DNA of 64,000 nt from an uncultured Bacteroides sp. (GCA_964634005.1 CAZWKQ010000001.1:23788-87787), one strand, 5' to 3'; counted from the stretch's first letter, positions 37,812-47,216 are shown. Translations and numbers: made by a program. The notes: generated from the letters alone by a model not told the origin.

Positions 37812-38744
37812 ATGGAAAAAACAAACTTAAATTATGAATCGACTCTAAAATCGAGAGATACAGAAGAATTATTAGATATCTGGTTTTATCGCCCAATTGG
37901 ATATAGATGGGCTTTGTTATGCAAAAAATTAAAGATAAAACCGAATACAGTAACTGTTTTGAGTATAGTTTTAGGAGTAGCTTCGGGTTATTTTTTCATG
38001 TTTCACGATTTAAAACTGAATATAATCGGAATGCTATTACTAATTATTGCTAACTCATTTGACAGTGCTGACGGACAATTGGCTCGTATGACCAACCAAC
38101 AAACACGATTAGGAAGAGTTTTAGACGGATTAGCAGGGAATTTATGGTTTATAAGCATATATTTTTTCATAGCTCTCAGATTAATGAACGAGGGTTTCTC
38201 ATTATGGATATTCTTTTTGGCAGCATTTACAGGTTTTTTCCACTCATTTCAAGCTGCTATGGCTGACTACTACAGAAATGCATATTTATTTTTTATCAAA
38301 GGTAAAAATGGCAGTGAATTCGATAATTCTGAAACAGTTAGAAATAACTTTAATCAATTAAGTTGGAAAGAAAATTTTTTTAGAAAATTATGGCTACGAA
38401 TATATCTTAATTACACATCGGAACAGGAAATTTTATCGAAAAACCTGCAAAAATTGATGAAATTGATAAATGACAAATTCAACGGAGTAGTTCCTTCTTG
38501 GCTTCAAAATGATTTCAGAACATTAAATAAACCTTTGATGAAATACACTAACATACTAACATTCAACACAAGAGCCATAGCACTATTCGTAAGTTTATTC
38601 ATCAACAACGTACTACTGTACTGGATTTTCGAACTGACAGTGCTAAATATAATTTTTGCATATATGGTAATTAAACAGGAAGCAAAAAGTAAAATTATTT
38701 ACGAAAAAGCTTTTAACATAAATAATGAAGACAAAAATTTTTAA
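37812..38744 (+). CDS. CDP-alcohol phosphatidyltransferase-family membrane protein
   Basis: DSADGQLAR-x8-GRVLD matches D-x2-D-G-x2-A-R-x8-G-x3-D. The protein is polytopic. ATG at 37812 is preferred over the track start at 37779, which overlaps the upstream gene. Confidence 0.8.
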   Translation: MEKTNLNYESTLKSRDTEELLDIWFYRPIGYRWALLCKKLKIKPNTVTVLSIVLGVASGYFFMFHDLKLNIIGMLLLIIANSFDSADGQLARMTNQQTRLGRVLDGLAGNLWFISIYFFIALRLMNEGFSLWIFFLAAFTGFFHSFQAAMADYYRNAYLFFIKGKNGSEFDNSETVRNNFNQLSWKENFFRKLWLRIYLNYTSEQEILSKNLQKLMKLINDKFNGVVPSWLQNDFRTLNKPLMKYTNILTFNTRAIALFVSLFINNVLLYWIFELTVLNIIFAYMVIKQEAKSKIIYEKAFNINNEDKNF

Positions 38745-39741
38745 TTATAGGACTGTCTTTTTTCTTATTGGATTGGCAATGCTTTCAATAATGTTTTGCA
38801 AACTTGGATTGCATACTATTATTGAAAATATTGTAAAAACAAAATGGTGGTTTTTGGCTATAATCGGTTTGTGGCTTATCATATATCTATTGAATGCTCT
38901 TGCATGGTACTATATTATAGGGGAAGAAAAGAAAAAAATAGGATTTAAAAGAATTTTAAAATATACAATAAGCGGATTTGCCATAAACTATATCACCCCT
39001 CTTGTAAGTTTAGGCGGTGAGCCATACAAAGTACTTGAGCTGAATAAACATATTGAAAAAAATCATTCAATAGCTACAGTGATATCGTATAATATGATGC
39101 ACATTTTTTCTCATTTTTTCTTTTGGTTGACAGCTGTTCTAGTACTACTTATAAAACTTGAATTAAAAAGCACTCATATTATTTATCTTGTTATTGCCTT
39201 ATTTATATGCCTGAGTGTTATTTATCTGTTTTATACAGCCTATAAAAAAGGAATTGTTAATACTGCCATAAGTCTTATAGCTAAATTATATTTTGCAAGG
39301 CTTCTGGTTAAGAATATAAAAGATAAAAAAGACTTACTCAATAATGTAGATAAACACATTATAAGTTTACATTCCAACAGAATAAGAGATTTTTACTTAA
39401 TACTTTTTTTAGAATATTTAGCCCGAATAATAGGGTGCTTTGAATTCTTCTTTATTTTAAAAGCAATTCTAACAGATATTAGTTTTTATGAAGCTTTTCT
39501 TATTAGCGCAGGTTCATCTCTTTTTGCAAATCTTTTCTTTTTTATTCCTATGCAAATAGGCTCAAGGGAGAGCGGTTTCTTCTTAGTTTTTGAAAGTTTG
39601 AAATTATCGCCCGCTATAGGTGTATATGTTAGTTTAGTAACACGAATCAGAGAATTTTTCTGGATTTTAATAGGATTGATTTTAATTAAAATTAAACCAA
39701 AGCAAAACATAATAATATTTGAAAATTTGAAATATGAATGA
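38725..39741 (+). CDS. Flippase-like membrane protein (lysyl-phosphatidylglycerol-synthase TM-region / UPF0104-like)
   Basis: 338 aa with about 8 TM segments. LGGEPYKV and IGSRESG elements resemble the family. It overlaps the upstream gene by 20 nt. Confidence 0.55.
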   Translation: MKTKIFNYRTVFFLIGLAMLSIMFCKLGLHTIIENIVKTKWWFLAIIGLWLIIYLLNALAWYYIIGEEKKKIGFKRILKYTISGFAINYITPLVSLGGEPYKVLELNKHIEKNHSIATVISYNMMHIFSHFFFWLTAVLVLLIKLELKSTHIIYLVIALFICLSVIYLFYTAYKKGIVNTAISLIAKLYFARLLVKNIKDKKDLLNNVDKHIISLHSNRIRDFYLILFLEYLARIIGCFEFFFILKAILTDISFYEAFLISAGSSLFANLFFFIPMQIGSRESGFFLVFESLKLSPAIGVYVSLVTRIREFFWILIGLILIKIKPKQNIIIFENLKYE

Positions 39742-40441
39742 TATAAAAGCAATTCTTTTCGATTTTGGAGGAACTATTGACACAAACGGCATCCACTGGA
39801 GTGAAATGATTTGGATAGCTTACGAAATGAATAATGTAGGCGTTAAAAAAACTGCCTACGAAAAGGCGTATATTTACGCTGAAAGAAGTCTTAATACAGG
39901 AAAAATTGAAAGTAATACTACCTTCCATGAAATGTTGATTGAAAAAATCAGCTTACAGTTCAACTTCTTACATAGTGAAAAATATTTAACTGACGAAAAC
40001 TCGGATAATATTATAAAGAAAATAACAGAGACATGCTATAATGAAGTAAAATCGAATATTAAAAATCAAATAGAAGTATTAAGTTATTTAAAATCAAAAT
40101 ACAGTTTAGCATTAGTATCAAATTTCTATGGAAATCTTAAAACTGTAGTTAATGAATTCGATTTAACAGATTATTTCTCGGTAATAATTGATTCTTACGA
40201 TATTGGGATAAGAAAACCCGATCCAATGATTTGGGAAGCAGGATTAAAATTATTGGATATTCCATACGACCAAACGGTTGTAGTAGGCGATTCGTATATT
40301 AATGATATTGCACCCGCTAAATATTTGGGATGTAAAGCTATATGGCTTAAGGGAAGAAGCTGGCATAATCAAAATCAGTTCGAACATTATTCGGCTGACA
40401 AAATAATTAATAATTTGAATGAATTGAAAACAATACTATAA
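39734..40441 (+). CDS. HAD-superfamily hydrolase (subfamily IA-like)
   Basis: Motif I is ILFDFGGT, motif II is LVSNF, and K plus VVGDSYINDI form motifs III/IV. An ATGA-type 8-nt overlap links it to the upstream gene. Confidence 0.8.
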   Translation: MNDIKAILFDFGGTIDTNGIHWSEMIWIAYEMNNVGVKKTAYEKAYIYAERSLNTGKIESNTTFHEMLIEKISLQFNFLHSEKYLTDENSDNIIKKITETCYNEVKSNIKNQIEVLSYLKSKYSLALVSNFYGNLKTVVNEFDLTDYFSVIIDSYDIGIRKPDPMIWEAGLKLLDIPYDQTVVVGDSYINDIAPAKYLGCKAIWLKGRSWHNQNQFEHYSADKIINNLNELKTIL

Positions 40442-40467
40442 TACAACAACTTTAAAATTTTAAAAAA

Positions 40468-41796
40468 ATGAATACAAATAAAAAAACTAATGTGGAAATG
40501 CCACAAGGTAAATTGGGAGTTTTAATAGTAGGCATTAACGGAGCTGTTTCAACAACTTTTATAGCCGGAACTTTAGCAGTTAGGAAAGGGCTTAGTACTC
40601 CTATAGGTTCTTTAACTCAAATGGGAACTATAAGAATTGGGAATAGAGCAGAAAATAATTTCCCTAAGATTAAAGATTTTGTTCCATTGACTGATTTAAA
40701 AGATATAGTCTTCGGTGGCTGGGACATCAGAAACGAAACCGTTTACGAATCGATATTGTACGCCAAAGTCCTCGACACTCGCGATATCGTAGGAATAGAA
40801 GACGAACTGAAAGAGATAAAACCTTTTAAAGCTGTTTTCGATAGTTATTATGTAAAACGTCTTACGGGAGAATGGGTAAAAAAAGGAGAAAATAAATATG
40901 ATTTAATGATGCAGTTACGTGATGATATTCGCAGATTTAAATCCGAAAATAATATCGACAGGTTAGTTACAGTTTGGTGCGGCAGTACAGAAATATTCAT
41001 CCCATGCTCAGAGGTTCATCAGTCATTGGAAGCTTTTGAAAACGGAATGAAAGAAAACCATATCGAAATTGCACCAAGTATGCTATATGCCTATGCTTCG
41101 ATTGCAGAAGGAGTTCCTTTTATAAATGGTGCACCTAATTTAACTGTAGATATGCCTGCAATGTGGGAACTTGCCGATAAAATGAATGTGCCAATATGCG
41201 GAAAGGACTTTAAAACCGGCCAAACAATGATAAAAACTGTCATATCTCCAATGATTAAAACAAGAATGCTTGGATTAGACGGATGGTATTCAACTAATAT
41301 TTTAGGTAACAGAGACGGAGAAGTACTTGACGATCCTGAATCATTTAAAACCAAAGAAGAAAGCAAACTTTCCGTTATTGATTCTATTCTTCAACCCGAA
41401 TTATATCCGGAATTATACGGAAACTATGATCATAAAGTAAGGATAAATTATTACAAACCTCGCGGTGATAATAAAGAAGGATGGGATAATATTGACATCT
41501 TCGGATGGATGGGATACAAAATGCAATTGAAAGTAAATTTCCTATGCCGTGATTCAATTCTAGCAGCTCCTTTGGTTCTCGATTTGGTTTTATTTATGGA
41601 TTTAGCTAAACGCGCAGGTTTTAAAGGTATTCAGTCATGGTTATCATTCTATTTTAAAAGTCCGATGCATACCCCAAATGTTGTACCGGAACATGATTTA
41701 TTCATACAATCGGTAAAACTCAAAAATACTCTTAGAGAGATAATGAATGAAAAACCAATTGATTTCCTTGACGAAAAAATTGAATTATTTAAATAA
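40468..41796 (+). CDS. ino1: myo-Inositol-1-phosphate (inositol-3-phosphate) synthase
   Basis: 442 aa. Rossmann start GVLIVGINGAVSTTFIAG, then INGAPN, GKDFKTGQT and STNILGNRDG motifs characteristic of MIPS. Confidence 0.9.
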   Translation: MNTNKKTNVEMPQGKLGVLIVGINGAVSTTFIAGTLAVRKGLSTPIGSLTQMGTIRIGNRAENNFPKIKDFVPLTDLKDIVFGGWDIRNETVYESILYAKVLDTRDIVGIEDELKEIKPFKAVFDSYYVKRLTGEWVKKGENKYDLMMQLRDDIRRFKSENNIDRLVTVWCGSTEIFIPCSEVHQSLEAFENGMKENHIEIAPSMLYAYASIAEGVPFINGAPNLTVDMPAMWELADKMNVPICGKDFKTGQTMIKTVISPMIKTRMLGLDGWYSTNILGNRDGEVLDDPESFKTKEESKLSVIDSILQPELYPELYGNYDHKVRINYYKPRGDNKEGWDNIDIFGWMGYKMQLKVNFLCRDSILAAPLVLDLVLFMDLAKRAGFKGIQSWLSFYFKSPMHTPNVVPEHDLFIQSVKLKNTLREIMNEKPIDFLDEKIELFK

Positions 41797-41816
41797 CATA
41801 AATTAAGTTATTGATT

Positions 41817-41848
41817 GCGGGGAGAATTTAGTTTCGCCCCGCTCTTTT
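41817..41848 (+). terminator. Weak rho-independent terminator / attenuating hairpin after ino1
   Basis: GC stem GCGGGG / CCCCGC with a 14-nt loop, followed by TCTTTT. The short stem and long loop give only moderate support. Confidence 0.4.
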
Positions 41849-41861
41849 ATACTTTTTTAAT

Positions 41862-42404
41862 ATGAGGAATTACAAACTTGCTATATCATTGCTATTCATA
41901 TTTTTAAGTGTTTTAAATACAAATTCCGAAAATCCGAGAAGCATACCCTCGGGAACAATAAAAAACAATCAACCTCTATTTTACATCGAAAGAAGTAAAA
42001 ATAAAAACCGAGTATATTACGATGCCAATATTAATCTTGACGGAACAATAAATTCGAAAAAACCTATTGATGTTTATTGGATAAATTTAGAAGAAAATTA
42101 CGGTAAAAGAGGAGAATTATCGTTTATTCAGGAGAAGTTTGCTTATGGCTACATTTCAGAAAAAATTACAGAAAATAATTATAAAATTAAATTAAAGGCA
42201 TTTGATAAAAGGGTAATAAATTTACTTCTAGATAACAAGGGAAAAGCAAAAGCACAGATTATAATTAACGGACAAACTGCAATATTGAATCGTCTGTATA
42301 TTAAAGCTAATGATAAAGGATTAAATACATCAGTCGAATATATCGAAATTTTCGGAACAGATACTAAAAATAATAAAGAGATTAAAGAAAAGATAATTCC
42401 CTAA
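41862..42404 (+). CDS. Small secreted protein, DUF4833-like
   Basis: 180 aa with a signal peptide. PLFYIERSKNKNRVYYDAN ... VYWINLEE resembles what I recall of DUF4833 proteins. Not verified. Confidence 0.5.
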   Translation: MRNYKLAISLLFIFLSVLNTNSENPRSIPSGTIKNNQPLFYIERSKNKNRVYYDANINLDGTINSKKPIDVYWINLEENYGKRGELSFIQEKFAYGYISEKITENNYKIKLKAFDKRVINLLLDNKGKAKAQIIINGQTAILNRLYIKANDKGLNTSVEYIEIFGTDTKNNKEIKEKIIP

Positions 42405-42425
42405 CTTTTTCTAAAGACAACATAT

Positions 42426-44990
42426 ATGAAAATTTACAAACTGACAAATATATTACTGATATTCATTATACTAATAAAACCGTTTAACAACGTAAAATCT
42501 CAGCACACTACTACAATAAAAGGAATTGTAATTGATTCGCTGACAAAAGAGCCTTTGCCTTTTGTAAATATTGTGTTTGTCGGGAAAAATATAGGTACAA
42601 CTACAGATTTCGACGGGAAATTTTCATTAAGCACACAATGGGCTTCAAATTCGATAAAAGTATCTTTTATTGGTTATCATACAGTTACAAAACATATTAA
42701 TATAGGGAAATCACAATTCATTGAAATTAAATTAAAACCTCAAAATATTGATCTCAAAGAAGTAGTTATAAAAACCGAATCAAAACGCTACCGAAACAAA
42801 GATAATCCGGCAGTAGAATTAATAAAAAAAGTTATTGAAAACAAACAAAGAAACAGAGGAGAAGCTGCCAAATTTTATGAGTACGATAAGTACGAAAAAT
42901 TAGAAATGTCGCTTAATAATTTTACCGAAAAATTTATGGAAAGAAAATATATGCGAAAATTCAAATTTATTTTCGATTATGTTGATACATCCAAAGTTAA
43001 CGGTAAACCTTATTTGCCTTTCTATCTTAAAGAAATGCTTAGTAGAGTTTATTATAAACAAGAAGGCAATATCAAGCGTGAATTTATTGATGCTCAACGT
43101 GTTGTTGGATTGGAAGAGTACATCGATCAAGATGGGATAACCTCTATAAATAAAAGCATGTACACAGATATTGACATCTACGACAATGATATTTTTTTTA
43201 TGACAAATCAGTTTGTTAGCCCTACAAGTGTTATCGCTCCGACGTTTTATAAATTCTTTATTATAGATACAACAATGGTCGGGAATCACAGATGTATTAA
43301 TCTTGCATTTATACCAAGAAATAAATTGAGTATGGGATTTACGGGAAATATTTATATTACTGATGATTCTCTTTATGCTATAAAAAAAGTAGATATGGGA
43401 GTTTGCAAAGATATTAGTTTGAATTTTGTTAGCGATGTAAAAATTGAGCAAGAATTTTCTCCCACTAATGAAGGTTTTTGGGCAATAAATAAAGATGAAA
43501 TGACTGTAGATTTCAATTTAACAGGCAAAGGCATGGGTATGTTTGCACACAAAACGGTAATTTACAATAATCGTACTTATAATACAGAAAGGGCAGACTC
43601 GACATATCGCGGAGTTCAAAAATATATTACCGCCGAAAACGCTAATAAAATGCCATTAACTTACTGGAATTCACATCGCCCCGTTCAATTATCAAAATCG
43701 GAAAAAGGTGTTGAGGAAATGATGAATAGAGTTCAAAATGTACCTGCTTTTAGAAGGTTTATGGATATAGTTATGCTACTTTTTGCCGGTTATAAAGATG
43801 TTGGGCCTATTGATGTAGGACCTGTTAATACATTTTACAGTTTCAATGAAATTGAAGGATTACGACTTCGTATTGGAGGTAAAACCAATCTTAATTTTAG
43901 CGATAGATTTATGTTAGAAGGCTTTTACGCTTATGGAACAAAAGATGAAAAAAGCAAATATTTAGGAGCAATTACCTACTCATTCAGAAATATCAAAACA
44001 AATTTTAATGAATTTCCGGTTAATAATATAAAATTTACTTATCAACACGACACAAAAATTCCGGGACAAGAACTTAAATTTTTTGCTGAAGATAATTTCC
44101 TGCTTTCTTTTAAAAGAGGAATTTCAGACAAAATGACATATAACGATATGTATAAATTTGAATACAACCAAGAATTAGTTAAAGGTTTTTCTTACGGATT
44201 AAGTTTTAAATATTTAGACCAATATCCCGGAGGGAATTGGAAATGGAATTATAAAGGTATAGAAGATAATGTGGTTGTCAAAGATAGAATAATTACAAAC
44301 GAGATAGGTTTTACATTTCGGTTTGCACCAAACGAGCAGTTTTATCAAGGGAAAACGTATAGAATTCCAATATTTAACCAATATCCAATAATACAATTCA
44401 GGGGTAATTTTGGGATGAAAGATCTTTTGAATGGAGAATACAGTTATCAATCATTAACAATAAATATCTTCAAACGATTTTATGCTTCGATATTAGGATA
44501 TGCCGACTTAGAATTGGAAGGAGGGAAAATATGGGGTAAAGTCCCTTATCCTTTATTGTTTATTCATAATGCAAATCAGACTTATGCTTATCAGCTGCAA
44601 GCATACAATATGATGAATTTTCTCGAGTTTGTCAGCGACAAATATGCAAGCATTAATTATACCCATTATTTTAACGGACTTATTTTAAACCGCATTCCAT
44701 TACTCAAAAAATTAAAGCTAAGAGAACTAATTTCTGTTAAAGCTCTTTATGGCGAAATCGGAGATAATAACAACCCATATTTAAATCACGATTTATTTTC
44801 TTTCCCGACTGATGAAAACGGCAATCCGCTAACTTTCTCTTTAAAAGGAAAACCCTATATTGAATCAAGTATAGGAGTAAGTAACATTTTAAAATTCTTA
44901 CGAGTTGACCTTGTAAAGCGAATGACCTATATGGACAATCCCAATACACCATCATTGGGAATAAGAGCAAGGTTTAAGTTCGATTTTTAA
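42426..44990 (+). CDS. Outer-membrane protein with carboxypeptidase-regulatory-like N-domain (DUF5686-like)
   Basis: 854 aa with a signal peptide. The CarboxypepD_reg-like start is IKGIVIDSLTKEPLPFVNIVFVGKNIGTTTDFDGKFSL. A long beta-rich C-terminal part ends in an aromatic residue (FKFDF). Confidence 0.6.
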   Translation: MKIYKLTNILLIFIILIKPFNNVKSQHTTTIKGIVIDSLTKEPLPFVNIVFVGKNIGTTTDFDGKFSLSTQWASNSIKVSFIGYHTVTKHINIGKSQFIEIKLKPQNIDLKEVVIKTESKRYRNKDNPAVELIKKVIENKQRNRGEAAKFYEYDKYEKLEMSLNNFTEKFMERKYMRKFKFIFDYVDTSKVNGKPYLPFYLKEMLSRVYYKQEGNIKREFIDAQRVVGLEEYIDQDGITSINKSMYTDIDIYDNDIFFMTNQFVSPTSVIAPTFYKFFIIDTTMVGNHRCINLAFIPRNKLSMGFTGNIYITDDSLYAIKKVDMGVCKDISLNFVSDVKIEQEFSPTNEGFWAINKDEMTVDFNLTGKGMGMFAHKTVIYNNRTYNTERADSTYRGVQKYITAENANKMPLTYWNSHRPVQLSKSEKGVEEMMNRVQNVPAFRRFMDIVMLLFAGYKDVGPIDVGPVNTFYSFNEIEGLRLRIGGKTNLNFSDRFMLEGFYAYGTKDEKSKYLGAITYSFRNIKTNFNEFPVNNIKFTYQHDTKIPGQELKFFAEDNFLLSFKRGISDKMTYNDMYKFEYNQELVKGFSYGLSFKYLDQYPGGNWKWNYKGIEDNVVVKDRIITNEIGFTFRFAPNEQFYQGKTYRIPIFNQYPIIQFRGNFGMKDLLNGEYSYQSLTINIFKRFYASILGYADLELEGGKIWGKVPYPLLFIHNANQTYAYQLQAYNMMNFLEFVSDKYASINYTHYFNGLILNRIPLLKKLKLRELISVKALYGEIGDNNNPYLNHDLFSFPTDENGNPLTFSLKGKPYIESSIGVSNILKFLRVDLVKRMTYMDNPNTPSLGIRARFKFDF

Positions 44991-45168
44991 AAAAATTTTA
45001 ACCTAAAATCTTAAGTTTACATATGATTATATCCGCAAATATTTATATTTAAATACTAATCAATATTTTAATTTTTTTTTAATTTAGATATATTAGAATT
45101 TTATATCATAATTTTGAAATGTTTAACAAATTTTATAAAAACAAATTTATATATATATCAGTTTTATA

Positions 45169-45176
45169 TATATTTG
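45169..45176 (+). promoter_or_regulatory. Bacteroidota-type -7 promoter box (TAnnTTTG)
   Basis: TATATTTG lies 43 bp upstream of the ATG at 45219, in a 228-bp AT-rich spacer. Confidence 0.35.
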
Positions 45177-45218
45177 CAAAAAATTTAAAGAATATTATTA
45201 ATTTATAAATATACAATT

Positions 45219-47024
45219 ATGAAAGAAAAAAGTGTTAAAGTATTAGCTTTATTGTTTGTATTTGGATTAATTTTAACAGGTTGCGGGAATTTAAACAAAA
45301 TGGCTAAAAGGTATAATGATGTTAAATATGAAGTTATACCTAATCCTTTGGAAGTTCATGGCGATAAGATTTCAGTTACTATAAAAGGCAAAATACCTGC
45401 CGGATATTTTCACAAAAACGCCGGAGTATTTATTCAGCCTGTATTGAAATATGAAGGTGGCAGTGTAAAATTAAAACCATTCTACCTTAAAGGAGAAAAT
45501 GCAAAAGGTGATGGTACTATTATCAACAGTAAAACAGGTGGTTCATTCAGTTATTCCGATGTAATAGATTATAAACCACAAATGAATAAATGTCAATTGA
45601 TGGCTAATCCTATTGCACATATGGCTAAAGAACCTTTAAATGCCAATAACACCGTTGAAAATGTAAAAAAACTATCAAAAGCAATAGAACTTGGAGAAAC
45701 TAAACTTGCAGATGGTTTGATAATTACTTCACAGAGAATTAAAAACTCAGGAAACGCTATTTTAGCCCCCGATGGATATCAGAAAGAAACTACAGTTTCT
45801 AAAAAAGCAACTATTTATTTTCTCGTAAACATGTATGATCTTAATATGAATATTGCTTTAAATAAAGATCCTAAAGCTAAAAGCGATATTAAAGAATTAA
45901 ATGATTTTCTGGCTAAAAACTGGGCTATTAAAAATATCGAAATCAATGCATGGGCATCTCCTGAAGGTGAAGAAAGACACAATGCAGGTCTCTCTGAAAA
46001 CCGTGCAAAAACTGCTAATAAGTTTATTGAAAACGAAATAGATAAAGTTCTTAAAGACATTGCTAAAAAAACAAAAACCAAATTCAAGGATTTGAAAAAA
46101 GCTATTAACTACAATATCAAAGCAAACGGTGAAGACTGGGATGGTTTCTTGGCTGCTCTCGAAAAATCTGATATTAAAGACAAAAACACTATGATAAATG
46201 TTATTAGAGCTCAATCTGATAATCTGAAGAGAGAACAAGAAATGAGAAATATGACAGTCATTTATCAACAAGTTGAAGAAAAAATATTACCTCCTCTTCG
46301 TCGTTCTGAAATTACTGTTAATTTCTTAGAACCAAAAAAATCTGACGAAGAAATTGCAAAATTAGCCAACACATCTCCGTCTAATCTTGATGTATACGAA
46401 CTTCTTTATGCTGCAACACTAACTAATGATTTAAACTCTAAATTAAAAATATACAAAGCTGCTACCGAAACTTATCCTCAAGAATGGAAAGGATATAATA
46501 ACTATGCTTATGTAGCTATTGCACTCGGTAATACTAACGATGCATCAAACTATTTAGAAAAAGCAAATTCTTTATCCCCAAACAATGCTACTGTATTGAA
46601 CAATTTAGGAGTAGTTGCATTAATGAAAAAAGACTATAAAGCAGCTAAAGGTTATTTCGAGTCTGCACAAAAATTAGGTGTAAGTCAGAATTATCACATG
46701 GCAGTATTAATGATTAAAGAAGGTAACTACTCAGGTGCTGTTAACTCATTTGGAAGAACTTCATGCGATTACAATGTAGCTTTGGCAAATTTACTAGCCG
46801 GAAACAATTCTGAAGCTAACAATGCAATTGAATGTGCAACTAAAGATGCTCAAACTTACTATCTTGCAGCTGTTATAGCAGCACGTAATAATAATGCAAA
46901 TAAAGTTTACGAAAACCTGAAAAATGCAATTAACTTAGACGCATCATTAAGAAATCAGGCAAAAGAAGATCTTGAATTTTCAAAATTTTCTAAATATGCT
47001 GAATTTTTAAATGCTGTTAAATAA
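45219..47024 (+). CDS. Lipoprotein with a central OmpA-like motif and C-terminal TPR repeats
   Basis: Lipobox LILTGC. AWASPEGEERHNAGLSENRAKTANKFI resembles the N..LS..RA peptidoglycan-binding motif. The C-terminal roughly 200 aa has TPR-like A/Y/N-rich repeats. Confidence 0.6.
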   Translation: MKEKSVKVLALLFVFGLILTGCGNLNKMAKRYNDVKYEVIPNPLEVHGDKISVTIKGKIPAGYFHKNAGVFIQPVLKYEGGSVKLKPFYLKGENAKGDGTIINSKTGGSFSYSDVIDYKPQMNKCQLMANPIAHMAKEPLNANNTVENVKKLSKAIELGETKLADGLIITSQRIKNSGNAILAPDGYQKETTVSKKATIYFLVNMYDLNMNIALNKDPKAKSDIKELNDFLAKNWAIKNIEINAWASPEGEERHNAGLSENRAKTANKFIENEIDKVLKDIAKKTKTKFKDLKKAINYNIKANGEDWDGFLAALEKSDIKDKNTMINVIRAQSDNLKREQEMRNMTVIYQQVEEKILPPLRRSEITVNFLEPKKSDEEIAKLANTSPSNLDVYELLYAATLTNDLNSKLKIYKAATETYPQEWKGYNNYAYVAIALGNTNDASNYLEKANSLSPNNATVLNNLGVVALMKKDYKAAKGYFESAQKLGVSQNYHMAVLMIKEGNYSGAVNSFGRTSCDYNVALANLLAGNNSEANNAIECATKDAQTYYLAAVIAARNNNANKVYENLKNAINLDASLRNQAKEDLEFSKFSKYAEFLNAVK

Positions 47025-47049
47025 ATATTAATTAAAGATGTTTAAAAAA

Positions 47050-47076
47050 AGCCCTGTTCAAAGGGCTTTTTTTTTT
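47050..47076 (+). terminator. Rho-independent terminator
   Basis: Stem AGCCCT / AGGGCT with a 6-nt loop, followed by a T10 run, 26 bp after the stop codon. Confidence 0.75.
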
Positions 47077-47216
47077 CACTTTTTAAACAAAAACAAAAAA
47101 TTTTCGTTAAATATTAGTGTAGAAATTTTTTTTAACATTTTTATTTTGTAATTTTACACAAAAAAATTGAAAATATTTAACAAATTATAATTACAAAACC
47201 GTTAAAATTTGAAGTT

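Noticed and set aside
42900-43451. 183-aa minus-strand ORF inside the DUF5686-like gene
   Set aside because: It is antisense to a long, coherent CDS. The translation is I/N/K/F-rich with no motif. Treated as a shadow ORF.
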